Assembly: GCA_963800785.1 (NCBI GenBank)
Contig: CAWDCH010000008.1
Span: forward strand, 167,182 to 231,181
Direction: 5' to 3'
DNA: 64,000 nt
From: Vicinamibacteria bacterium
GTDB taxonomy: Bacteria; Acidobacteriota; Vicinamibacteria; Vicinamibacterales; JAENWD01
Shown: one piece after another, positions 47,208 to 56,452 of the stretch
How positions within the stretch are numbered: position 1 is the first letter of the stretch
Layout: each line of letters starts with the position of its first letter
Translations under genes and position numbers: made by a program
Notes under the pieces: model-generated
What the model was told of the DNA's origin: nothing
Databases searched by the model: none
What the model saw: only the letters and a program-made list of their open reading frames with translations

Positions 47208-47812
47208 AGGGTCACGGATTCACACGGATCAGATCGGTCACGGACGGACGCGGATTGACACGGATCTTCTAAATCCATCTTTGATCTTCCGTGTACGTCC
47301 GCGTCAGTCCGTGACCGATCGGATCTGTGTGAATCCGTGACCCGAACGCCTCCGTCGCGGATCCACACGGACCGAGTCGATCACGGACGGCCACGGATTG
47401 ACGCGGATCTTCTGGATCTATTCTTGATTCTTCCGTGAATGTCCGCGTCAGTCCGTGACCTGATCGGATCTGTGTGAATCCGTGACCCGAACGCCTCCGT
47501 CGCGGATCCACACGGACCGAGTCGGTCACGGACGGCCACGGATTGACACGGGATCATCTGGATCCATTCTCTGATTCTTCCGTGAATGTCCGCGTCAGTC
47601 CGTGACCTGATCGGATCTGTGTGAATCCGTGACCCGAAAGCTCCGTCGCGGATCCACACGGACCGAGTCGGTCACGGACGGGCGCGGATTGACACGGGAT
47701 CTTCTGGACCCATTCTCTGATTCTTCCGTGTACGTCCGCGTTCAGTCCGTGACTGATCTGATCTGTGTGAATCCGTGACCGAAAGCCCTCGTCGCGGATC
47801 GACGCGGACCGA
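47208..47812 (-). repeat. Tandem array of the same ~145-nt unit in inverted orientation (about 4 copies)
   Basis: CAGTCCGTGA recurs at 47305, 47449, 47596 and 47743. Confidence 0.92.
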
Positions 47813-47824
47813 GTGCTGTAGAGT

Positions 47825-48949
47825 GTGCGGGTGCTGACCCGGATCGCGGTCGGGATGGCGATGCTGCTGGCGGCGTGTCTCGCGCTGCTGATCTGGTCGA
47901 TGCACGAAGACCAGCGCGGATATCTGGCCGCGGTGTTTGCGCCCGATGGGCAGTCGATCTACGCCATCGAACGCGACGTCAGCGCGACGGTCCTTGGATT
48001 CGGCTATGAGTTCTGGACGCCGCCGGCCAAGGTTCGAATTCACCGCGATCGCTTCCGGCTGATCAACATCAGGCTCGCCGATGGCCGCGCCTCGACCGTT
48101 CAGGCATTCCCGCCCTCGCCACTCGAGGGGACCAGCATCTCGGCGTATCACGGCGCGATCTTCGGCGTCTCGCGCGGATCGCTGCGGTGGGCCGACCGCG
48201 CGCATCTCGACTACGCCATGTCGGTGGAGCGGAGCGAGCAGCCCGTGAGCCGCACGTTCATCGTTCAGCGACAGTGGAGCAGCGAGGCGCAGCGCTATAT
48301 CGAGAAACCGCCGTGGCAAGAAGGGTACAGCGCCGGTGGCGGCTCGGTTCCGGAGCAGCTTGCCGGCGACCTGGAAGTGATTGTGCCGCCGGGCGACGAG
48401 CTCCTGCCGTGCGCGATAGTCGTCTTGACGAAGGGAACGCCGAACGCGCGCGTGCTGATGGATACGCCCGCGTGCCGACGCAAGTATCCCGATGGCTATA
48501 CCGCCGGCACGATGGCGGCGTTTTCGCGGCGCGCCGAGATCGAGCGCGTCCAGACGATGACGCGCACCTACGCCGATCTCGTCGCACAGGGTAAGGGACG
48601 CGGGATGAACGAGGGCGAGGCGATGCTCGACGCCAACAAGCGGATGCAGGACCTTGGCTACTATCCCAAAACGCCCACCATTACCGCGCAGCCGGCAACC
48701 TGCGAGGGCGTATCGCCGGTGTTCCGCATCTCGGACGAGGAGTTCCGCGTCGGGCTTTTCCAGGACATCGAGCGCGCGATTCGTCGTCCAGGGAGCGACG
48801 AGGATCGGGGCGGCACCTACGTGCGCCATCAGGATTACGACACGAGCGAGAAGCTCAACGCCTATCTCAACGAGCGCCGTGACGCGACGTTCTACGTCGA
48901 CGGGCTGGGCGGCTGCTGGCAACTTATGGTCAAGTACTACGAGAGATGA
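47825..48949 (+). CDS. Hypothetical protein with an N-terminal membrane anchor
   Basis: 374-aa ORF, hydrophobic N-terminus, normal composition; no family recognised. Confidence 0.7.
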   Translation: MRVLTRIAVGMAMLLAACLALLIWSMHEDQRGYLAAVFAPDGQSIYAIERDVSATVLGFGYEFWTPPAKVRIHRDRFRLINIRLADGRASTVQAFPPSPLEGTSISAYHGAIFGVSRGSLRWADRAHLDYAMSVERSEQPVSRTFIVQRQWSSEAQRYIEKPPWQEGYSAGGGSVPEQLAGDLEVIVPPGDELLPCAIVVLTKGTPNARVLMDTPACRRKYPDGYTAGTMAAFSRRAEIERVQTMTRTYADLVAQGKGRGMNEGEAMLDANKRMQDLGYYPKTPTITAQPATCEGVSPVFRISDEEFRVGLFQDIERAIRRPGSDEDRGGTYVRHQDYDTSEKLNAYLNERRDATFYVDGLGGCWQLMVKYYER

Positions 48950-49016
48950 GCGGATTGGATTGCTACACGCCGCGACCACGAAAGCGGACGGGTGGCGAGC
49001 GGCAGGCCCCGTCCGC

Positions 49017-50324
49017 ATGACGGCGCGGCCGAGGGTCAACCAACCTGTGCGACCAGGTCGACACGATCGACCCGAGCTCGTTCCAATCCGCCAGGCGGCC
49101 GGTGCGATTCTCTTCGCCGGCCTCGGCTACTTCGTGGACATCTTCGATCTCCTCCTCTTCGCTGTCGTCCGCGTCGCCAGCGTGCGCGACCTTGGCGCGG
49201 GCGACCGCACGATCGAGGTTGGTACGCTCCTTCAGAACTCGCAGCTGATCGGCCTGATGGTGGGCGGCCTGGTGTGGGGAATGCTGGGCGACCGTCGTGG
49301 ACGCCGCTCGGCACTGTACGGATCGATTCTGCTTTACAGCGTCGCCAATATCGCCAACGCGTTCGTGACGAGCGTGCCCCAGTATGCGCTGTGGCGGTTC
49401 ATCGCCGGCTTCGGCCTTGCCGGCGAGCTCGGCGCGGCGCTGACGCTGGTGAGCGAGATGGTCGATCGTCACCAGCGGGGCACGGCGACGACGCTGGTCG
49501 CCACGCTGGGCGTGATGGGCGCCGTGGCGGCGGCGATCGTCGGCGAGCTCGTCTCGTGGCGCACCGCCTACTTGATCGGCGGCGGTCTCGGGCTCGCGCT
49601 GCTCGTTCTGCGCGTGCGTCTGCCGGATTCGGCGATGTTCGGCCGCACGCGGGATCGCGGAGTGCGCCGCGGCGATATCTGGCGGCTGGTCAGCCATCCA
49701 GATCGCGCGGCGCGCTATCTGCGCGCGATCCTCATCGGCGTGCCGGTATGGTTCTCGGCAGGGATCCTTCTGACCTTCTCGCCGGAGTTCGCAAAGGACC
49801 TTGGCGTGGTGGGCGAGGTCACGTCTGGTCGAGCCGTGCTGGCGTACTACGCCTCTACGACGCTCGGCGACTTCTCGAGCGGGATTTTGAGCCAGTGGCT
49901 CCACTCGCGCCGGAAGGCCGTCGCCATCTACTACGCTTTCTGCATCGTCGGCTTCATCGTCTACCTGTCCGGCCTCGTCACGACGCCGGCCGCCTTCTAT
50001 GCGATCTGCGCGTGGCTTGGCGTGGCGACGGGGTTCTGGGCGGTGATGGTGACGATGGCGGTGGAGCAGTTCGGGACGGATCTCCGTGCGACGGCGGCGA
50101 CGAGCGTGCCGACGTTCGTGCGTGCGAGCGCAGTGCCGATGACGCTCGCGTTTCTCGCCATGCGTCCGCATCTCGGGAGCGTGGTCGCCGCGAGTCTGGT
50201 GGGCGTGGTGGCCATGACGCTCGCCAGTCTGGCGCTCTGGCGGCAGCCCGAGACCTACGGCCGCGATCTCGACTTCACGGAAGCCGGAGTCACTCGCAGC
50301 GAAGCACTTGCGACGGGTCCGTAG
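49017..50324 (+). CDS. MFS transporter
   Basis: GYFVDIFD, LGDRRGRR, RFIAGFGLAGE, EQFGTDLRATA; start uncertain. Confidence 0.9.
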   Translation: MTARPRVNQPVRPGRHDRPELVPIRQAAGAILFAGLGYFVDIFDLLLFAVVRVASVRDLGAGDRTIEVGTLLQNSQLIGLMVGGLVWGMLGDRRGRRSALYGSILLYSVANIANAFVTSVPQYALWRFIAGFGLAGELGAALTLVSEMVDRHQRGTATTLVATLGVMGAVAAAIVGELVSWRTAYLIGGGLGLALLVLRVRLPDSAMFGRTRDRGVRRGDIWRLVSHPDRAARYLRAILIGVPVWFSAGILLTFSPEFAKDLGVVGEVTSGRAVLAYYASTTLGDFSSGILSQWLHSRRKAVAIYYAFCIVGFIVYLSGLVTTPAAFYAICAWLGVATGFWAVMVTMAVEQFGTDLRATAATSVPTFVRASAVPMTLAFLAMRPHLGSVVAASLVGVVAMTLASLALWRQPETYGRDLDFTEAGVTRSEALATGP

Positions 50325-53085
50325 AGCAGGCCCGCCACGTTGGCATCCAGGCGGCGATACCCGCGATGGCGACGAGGACGATCGCGCTGACGAGATAGAT
50401 GTCGGCAGCGGTTGGCGCCACGCCAAACAGAAGCCCGCCGGCCGCGCGTGCCGCGGCCAGGGCCACGGGCACGCCGAGCGTGATGCCAGCGATCACCTGC
50501 ATCAGCACGCGGCGAATCACGTCCCACGCGACGCGACGTCGCGGCGATCCCAGCGCGATGCGAATGCCAAACTCGGACCGTCGCCCTGCCACCGAGTAGC
50601 TGAGCACGCCGTAGAGCCCGATCGCGGCGAGGCCGAGCGCAAGCCCGGCGAAGGCCGTCGCCAACGTCGACAGCAGACGCTCGCTGACGAGCGTCGCGTC
50701 GATCTGATCCTGCACGGCGACTACGTCCGACACCAGCGTGTTCGCATGAAGCACGTGGACCTCGCGCGCCACAACGCGAACCAGTGTCGCGGTTGGTTGA
50801 TCGGACGCAATGGCCAGTGTCGTCCGGCCGACGATGTCGAGAGGCTGCCACAGCGGCAGGAAAACAAACCTCGTCGCGCTGTCGCGGACGCTCATGTGCT
50901 TGAAATCGCGTACCACGCCCACGATGCGGTACGCGTGCGTGTCGCTGAAGCGCAGCGTTTTTCCAATCGCGTCCGCCCAGAGTAAGCGGTTGGCTTCCGC
51001 GCCCTTCGATCCCGCTGCGAAATAGGCTCGTGCCGTCGCCTCGTTCACGACCGCCACGCTCGCCTCGTCACCATCGTCACGCCGCGCGAACCCGCGCCCT
51101 GCCAGCAGTTGCATGCCGAACGTGCTGAAGTAGTCTTCGGTCACGTGATTCACGTGAACCATGCGATCTTCGTCGCGCCTGAATTGAAAGGCAGGCACTT
51201 CCACGTCTCTCCCGGTATCACGGCCAGAGAGCGGCGTCAGCACCGACAGGCTGGCGGACCGGACGCCCGGCAACCCACGAACCTGTCCCAACAGGTCTCT
51301 CCAGAACGGTTCACGCGGGTTCCGATCGTTGTTTGCGGGCCCGATCTTCCCGTTGTCCGCAGGCCCGCGCTTCCTGTTGTCCATGGGCCCGCGCTTCCTG
51401 TTGTCCGTGGGCCCGAGCTTCAGCTCGGGCGTCATCGACATCTCCGGCGTCACAGACATCGTCAGAACGTTTGTCCCGGTGAACCCGAGATCGACCGCGC
51501 GCAGATTGACCATCGTCTTCGCGAACAGCGCGGCGCCGACCAAAAGCACCAACGAGAGCGCGACCTGTCCGACCACGAGGATGCCGGCCGCTCTCCCAAT
51601 CCGACCCGCGCCCGCCAGTCGTCCGTCGCCCTCTTTGATCGTTGGCTGCGGTTCGGTGCCGAGGACGCGCAGCGCCGGCCACAGACCGGTGGCAAGCGCG
51701 GCGATCAGCGCGACAGTCGTCGCAAATGCCGCCAACCGCCAGTCGTAGCGCACGTCCAGGACAATGGGGTTTCGGCCGATCGCGAAGAAGGCCGTCAGCG
51801 TCTGGATGGCGACAGGCGCGACCAGGAAGCCCGCGCTCGCTCCGAGCGCGAAGATCACGAACGTCTCCGTGAGAAGCTGCCGCACGATACGGCCCGCGCT
51901 GGCGCCAGTCGCGAGGCGGATGGCGAATTCGCGCGCCCTCGCGGCGCCGCGCACGAGCAGCAGGCTGCCGATGTTGGCGCAGGCGATGAGCAGCACCATG
52001 CCTGCTACGAGCGAGAGCGCAAGGAGCGGCGTCGAGAATCTCGCCCGGAGCCGGTCGAGCCCACGCGACGCCGGCAAGAGCTCGACATGATCGAAATATT
52101 TCTTCGTGACCTCCCCTGAACGGTTCTGGTCCCTCATGAACGATTGGAAAATCGTGTCCGCCTGCGTGGCAGCTTCGGCGACCGGTGCGCCCGATCGCAG
52201 GCGCGCGACAGCGTCGAACCACCAGGCGCCTGCGTCGGCGAGAGCGCCTCGATCGTGTGTGATGGGCAAAGTCACATCCACGTGTCGGCCCGGCTGCAGA
52301 CCCCAGAACTCTGGAGGTGTGATGCCGACGATGGTGAAGACGCGATTCTTGAAGACGATCGTGCGGCCAATTGCGCGTGCCGGTTCGCCGAACCGCCGCT
52401 GCGCGTAGCCGTATCCCACCACCGCCGCCGCCGGGTCCAGCGCCTCGTCCGTCGGCGTGATCAATCGTCCCGCGATCGGGCGAACGCCGAGAAGCTCGAA
52501 GTAGTTCCCCGACACGACCTGTCCGAATACCTGCTCGATGGCGCCGTCCACTTCGACGCGCAGCTCGTCGGCCGCGAAGGCCGCGATGCCGGCAAACGCC
52601 GAGGTCCCGGTACGGATGCGTTCGAAACAGGGGTAAGGCGGCGCGCCGCTGCGGCCTTCGGTGCCCGCGATCGTGAGGAACACCAGTTCCTGCGGGCGCG
52701 CCACTGGCAGCGATCGGAGTAACACCGTGTCGATGAGGCTGAACATGGCGGTGTTGGCGCCGATGCCGAGCGCCAGCGAGAGGATGGCGGTCAACGCGAA
52801 GCCCGGCGATCGTGCGAGCAGCCGCAGCGCGTAACGGGTGTCTTTGACGAGATCCTCGATCAGGTTGACGCGGCGCGTGTCGCGGCACCGTTCCTCGACG
52901 AGATCCTGGGGGCCGAATTGACGCGCCGCCGCGCGTCGCGCTTCGGCCTCGCCGAGACCTTCCGCCATCTGCTCTCGTACGAGCTGCTCGAAGTGCAGGC
53001 TCAGCTCGCGCTCGAGCTCATCTTCCACGACGTCGCGTCTGAATATCGAGCGCAGGCGATGGCGGAGCAGTCGCAGCTGACGCAT
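50290..53085 (-). CDS. ADOP/MacB-like ABC permease carrying an in-frame REP-derived insertion
   Basis: DELERELSLH, LALGIGANTAMF, IACANI, EFGIRIALG; insertion PELKLGPTDNRKRGP... Confidence 0.92.
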   Translation of the reverse strand: MRQLRLLRHRLRSIFRRDVVEDELERELSLHFEQLVREQMAEGLGEAEARRAAARQFGPQDLVEERCRDTRRVNLIEDLVKDTRYALRLLARSPGFALTAILSLALGIGANTAMFSLIDTVLLRSLPVARPQELVFLTIAGTEGRSGAPPYPCFERIRTGTSAFAGIAAFAADELRVEVDGAIEQVFGQVVSGNYFELLGVRPIAGRLITPTDEALDPAAAVVGYGYAQRRFGEPARAIGRTIVFKNRVFTIVGITPPEFWGLQPGRHVDVTLPITHDRGALADAGAWWFDAVARLRSGAPVAEAATQADTIFQSFMRDQNRSGEVTKKYFDHVELLPASRGLDRLRARFSTPLLALSLVAGMVLLIACANIGSLLLVRGAARAREFAIRLATGASAGRIVRQLLTETFVIFALGASAGFLVAPVAIQTLTAFFAIGRNPIVLDVRYDWRLAAFATTVALIAALATGLWPALRVLGTEPQPTIKEGDGRLAGAGRIGRAAGILVVGQVALSLVLLVGAALFAKTMVNLRAVDLGFTGTNVLTMSVTPEMSMTPELKLGPTDNRKRGPMDNRKRGPADNGKIGPANNDRNPREPFWRDLLGQVRGLPGVRSASLSVLTPLSGRDTGRDVEVPAFQFRRDEDRMVHVNHVTEDYFSTFGMQLLAGRGFARRDDGDEASVAVVNEATARAYFAAGSKGAEANRLLWADAIGKTLRFSDTHAYRIVGVVRDFKHMSVRDSATRFVFLPLWQPLDIVGRTTLAIASDQPTATLVRVVAREVHVLHANTLVSDVVAVQDQIDATLVSERLLSTLATAFAGLALGLAAIGLYGVLSYSVAGRRSEFGIRIALGSPRRRVAWDVIRRVLMQVIAGITLGVPVALAAARAAGGLLFGVAPTAADIYLVSAIVLVAIAGIAAWMPTWRACSTDPSQVLRCE

Positions 53086-53092
53086 GGCGGCC

Positions 53093-53422
53093 TCACGCGT
53101 TCTCGATCAAGAGCTCCACGGCGGACGACAGGCGGTCCCAGCTCTCCAGCTCGCGTTCCAGCTGCTTCCTGCCATGGCGCGTGAGGGCGTAGAACTTGGC
53201 GCTGCGTCCCAGGTCGGAGTCCTTCCACTCAGCACCGATCCAGCCCTGCTGCTCCAGCCGATGGAGCGCCGGGTAGAGGGAACCCTGGCCCACCGTCAAC
53301 ACGTCGCCCGAAAGCGTGAGGATGCGTTTGGCGATGCCCCAGCCGTGCAGGGGCTCGCGCGCCAGCGTTTTCAGGATGAGCAGGTCGAGCGTGCCCTGGA
53401 GGAGGTCGGATGGCTTTGGCAC
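53093..53422 (-). CDS. PadR family transcriptional regulator
   Basis: QGTLDLLIL, LHGWGI, GSLYPALHRLE, AKFY; GTG start. Confidence 0.95.
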   Translation of the reverse strand: MPKPSDLLQGTLDLLILKTLAREPLHGWGIAKRILTLSGDVLTVGQGSLYPALHRLEQQGWIGAEWKDSDLGRSAKFYALTRHGRKQLERELESWDRLSSAVELLIENA

Positions 53423-53430
53423 GAGGATGC

Positions 53431-53464
53431 CTCGAACATCGACAATGATACCTCGATTATCGAC
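53431..53464. promoter_or_regulatory. Two 13-bp boxes, candidate PadR operator
   Basis: CTCGAACATCGAC (53431) and CTCGATTATCGAC (53452). Confidence 0.55.
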
Positions 53465-53578
53465 AATGACCAGCGGGCTTCGGGCTTCGGGCACGTCGCG
53501 ATAGCCGCCGTACGGCGCGGTCGCGATAGAATCCGCCAGCGTCATTCCCGCACACCGGGCAGTAAAGGGAGATCTCTG

Positions 53579-54448
53579 ATGATCCTCGTAGTCGGCGCAA
53601 CGGGACAGCTCGGATCGAAAGTCGTCCGCGGCCTGCTTGCGAAAAGGAAGCCGGTGCGCATCCTCGCACGCCCGGCGTCGGCGTATCAGTTGTTGGCGGA
53701 CCTCCGCGCGCAGGTAGCGTTCGGCGATCTCACCGATCCGCCGTCGCTCGCGGCAGCCTGCCAGGGCATCGACACCGTCGTCTCGACCGCGAACTCCGCG
53801 CGCCGGGGTGGCGCCGACAACGTCGAAACGGTTGACAGCCGCGGCACTCAGAACCTGATCGACGCGGCCGCTGCTGTCGGCGTGCGCCATTTCATATACG
53901 TCTCCGTGCTCGGCGTGAACGTCAACAGCCCGGTCCCGTTCCTAGCGGCCAAGGCGCGATCGGAAGAGCAGCTGCGCGCGAGCGGCATGAAGTGGACGAT
54001 CCTGGCGCCGAACGCGTTCATGGAATCGTGGCCAGCGCGAGTCATCGGCATCCCCGCAAGCGAGGGACGTCCCGCCACGATCATCGGCGAAGGGCGTGCG
54101 CGTCACATGTTCGTCGCCGAGGATGACGTTGCGGCGTTCATCCTGGCAGCGGTCGACAATCCTGGCGCGCACGATCGGCACGTGCCGATTGGTGGGCCGC
54201 AGCCGCTGTCGTGGATGGACGTCGCCGCCATCTATGAGCGCGTCCTCGGGCGCAAGGTTGATCTCGTGCACGCGGCTCCGGGACAGCCCGTCCCCGGTAT
54301 ACCTCCGCCCGTCCTGCCGATTTTGGCGGCGCTCGATACTTACGAAACCGTCTTCGACACCGGCGTGTCCGCTGGCGCGTTCGGCGTCGCGCTGACGCCG
54401 TTGGAGGATGTCGCGCGCCGGCAGGTGGCCGCTGCCGGAACGCGCTGA
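53579..54448 (+). CDS. NmrA-like / atypical SDR NAD(P)-binding protein
   Basis: MILVVGATGQLG, GDL, NLIDAA, HFIYVS, IGGP. Confidence 0.9.
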   Translation: MILVVGATGQLGSKVVRGLLAKRKPVRILARPASAYQLLADLRAQVAFGDLTDPPSLAAACQGIDTVVSTANSARRGGADNVETVDSRGTQNLIDAAAAVGVRHFIYVSVLGVNVNSPVPFLAAKARSEEQLRASGMKWTILAPNAFMESWPARVIGIPASEGRPATIIGEGRARHMFVAEDDVAAFILAAVDNPGAHDRHVPIGGPQPLSWMDVAAIYERVLGRKVDLVHAAPGQPVPGIPPPVLPILAALDTYETVFDTGVSAGAFGVALTPLEDVARRQVAAAGTR

Positions 54449-54468
54449 GAAAGGATCGGGGAGGATCG

Positions 54469-55482
54469 ATGCGCATTCGTCTGACGGTTTGTCTCGTCCT
54501 GTGCCTCTTTGCCGGATTTGAATCGCTCCAGCCGCCGGCGGCGGCGGCCGCACGCGCCCGATACGACTATTACCTGACCGGCAGCGCCGCCAACGTCGTT
54601 CCGTCGGCGCCAACGACTCCAGGGCTGCTGTTGATGGGCGGCGGCACCGATGTCGATGCCGCGTTCGTCTGGCAGATCGGCCGAGCCGCCGGCGGCGACT
54701 TCGTCGTGATTCGCGCGTCCGGTGCTGATGGCTACAACGAGTACGTCTTCGGCCTCGGGCAGCTTGATTCGGTCGAGACGTTCGTCATCAAGAACCGCGC
54801 AGCGGCGAGCGACCGGACGGTCGTGGACGCGATCAAGAACGCCGAAGCGCTGTTCATCGCGGGAGGCGATCAGGCCGACTACGTGAACCTGTGGAAGGAC
54901 ACGCCGGTCGAGGAGGCAATCCACGATCTCGTTGACAAGGGGGTGCCGATTGGTGGAACGAGCGCGGGCCTCGCGATACTCGGCCAGTTTGGCTTTGCGG
55001 CGTTGAACGGCAGCATCACGTCGGCGCAGGCGCTGTCGAATCCATTCGATCGCCGCTTGACGCTGGTCCGCGATTTCCTCGAGGTGCCACGTCTCGCCGG
55101 GATCATCACCGATAGTCACTTCGTCGAGCGCGACCGCATGGGCCGTTTCGTCGCGTTCCTCGCGCGTATCGTGCAGGACGGGTGGGCTGCGCGGGCGCGC
55201 GGCATCGCGATCGACAGCCAGACCGCGGTGCTGGTCGACGAGAATGGCGCTGCGACGGTCGTCGGCAACGGCACCGCGTACTTCATGCAGACGCCTCCCG
55301 ATGGTCCACAGGTTTGTCAATCGAAGACGCCGCTGACCTTCCTCGACCTGTCGGTCTATCGCGTCGATGCCAGCGGCACGTTCGACCTGCCGTCATGGTC
55401 CGGAAGCGGCGGCACTGCTTATCAGCTCTCCGCCGAGGACGGTGTGCTGACGTCCACACAGGCTGGAAACAGCGTTTATTAG
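54469..55482 (+). CDS. Cyanophycinase-like S51 peptidase, secreted
   Basis: LMGGG, AGGDQ, GGTSAG, DSHFVERDRMGR; signal peptide. Confidence 0.88.
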   Translation: MRIRLTVCLVLCLFAGFESLQPPAAAAARARYDYYLTGSAANVVPSAPTTPGLLLMGGGTDVDAAFVWQIGRAAGGDFVVIRASGADGYNEYVFGLGQLDSVETFVIKNRAAASDRTVVDAIKNAEALFIAGGDQADYVNLWKDTPVEEAIHDLVDKGVPIGGTSAGLAILGQFGFAALNGSITSAQALSNPFDRRLTLVRDFLEVPRLAGIITDSHFVERDRMGRFVAFLARIVQDGWAARARGIAIDSQTAVLVDENGAATVVGNGTAYFMQTPPDGPQVCQSKTPLTFLDLSVYRVDASGTFDLPSWSGSGGTAYQLSAEDGVLTSTQAGNSVY

Positions 55483-55511
55483 CACGGCGCTTGATGTGTA
55501 TTTGGCGAGAG

Positions 55512-55617
55512 TGTTCGCGGGGCTGAAGCCCCCCTCCACAACTGTTCGCGGGGCTGAAGCCCCGCCTCCACAACTGTTCGCGGTCGAACGTGGCGGCGGG
55601 GCTTTAGCCCCGCGGTC
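55512..55617. repeat. REP-like CGGGGCTGAAGCCCC palindromes (two direct, one inverted)
   Basis: TGTTCGCGGGGCTGAAGCCCC twice, then CGGGGCTTTAGCCCCG; similar at 59113 and 16212. Confidence 0.8.
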
Positions 55618-55661
55618 GAATGCAGGGATCGTGGGATCCGCAGAAGGGCGTCAAGTGACGC

Positions 55662-56444
55662 TCACCAGATCGTGTATCCGCCATCGATGACGTACGCTGC
55701 GCCGGTGACGTAGCTTGCGGCGGGGCTGGCCAGAAAGACCGCGAGTGGCCCGATCTCGTCCGGCTCTCCGGCCCGTCCCATCGGCACGTTCTTGACGAAC
55801 GCTTCGATCACGTCGGGCCGTCGCTCGTTCCACTGCCGGTTGATGTCGGTCATGAAAAGGCCGGGACAGATCGCGTTGACCGTAATCCCGTGAGGCGCCC
55901 AGTCGGCGGCCGCACATCGTGTGAAGTGCAGAACCGCCGCCTTCCCGGTCTCGTAGTCGCGCCCGCCGATGCCTCGATTGACGATCAACGCGCTAATCGA
56001 CGCGATATTGATGATGCGGCCGCCGCGCCCGCGCTCGAGCATCGCGCCGCCGACGATTTTCGTCCCGAGAAAGCAGCTCGTGAGATTGAGATTGACCGAC
56101 GTCTGCCAGGTCTCGAGCGTTTCCGCCTCGATCGGCACGCTGACCTCGCGGTTGCCGACATTGTTGATGAGGATGTCGATTGGCCCCGCTTCTGCGAGTG
56201 CCTGTTCGCATGTCTCAGCGCAGATCTCGGGGACACTCATGTCGGCCTTGAACGTCCAGGCCTGACGTCCGCGCGCACGAATCTCCGCAGCCGTCGCGTC
56301 CAGCGTCTCCTGCGTGCGGCCGGTGATCGTCACGTCAGCACCTGCGTCGGCCAGCGCGAGCGCCATCACACGTCCGAGCCCGCGGCTCGCCCCGGTGACG
56401 AGCGCCCGCTTGCCATCGAGGCGGAACAGATCCAGCGTGCTCAC
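55662..56444 (-). CDS. SDR oxidoreductase (KduD/gluconate 5-dehydrogenase-like)
   Basis: TGASRGLG, NNVG, NIAS, YETGK, VNAICPG, DGG. Confidence 0.92.
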   Translation of the reverse strand: MSTLDLFRLDGKRALVTGASRGLGRVMALALADAGADVTITGRTQETLDATAAEIRARGRQAWTFKADMSVPEICAETCEQALAEAGPIDILINNVGNREVSVPIEAETLETWQTSVNLNLTSCFLGTKIVGGAMLERGRGGRIINIASISALIVNRGIGGRDYETGKAAVLHFTRCAAADWAPHGITVNAICPGLFMTDINRQWNERRPDVIEAFVKNVPMGRAGEPDEIGPLAVFLASPAASYVTGAAYVIDGGYTIW

Positions 56445-56452
56445 ATGGGCTC

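Noticed and set aside
46022..47659. Short ORFs within the 145-nt arrays
   Set aside because: Repeat translations with no independent coding evidence
46076..47812. CRISPR array
   Set aside because: Units are ~145 nt and similar along their whole length; no unique spacers and no cas genes in the window
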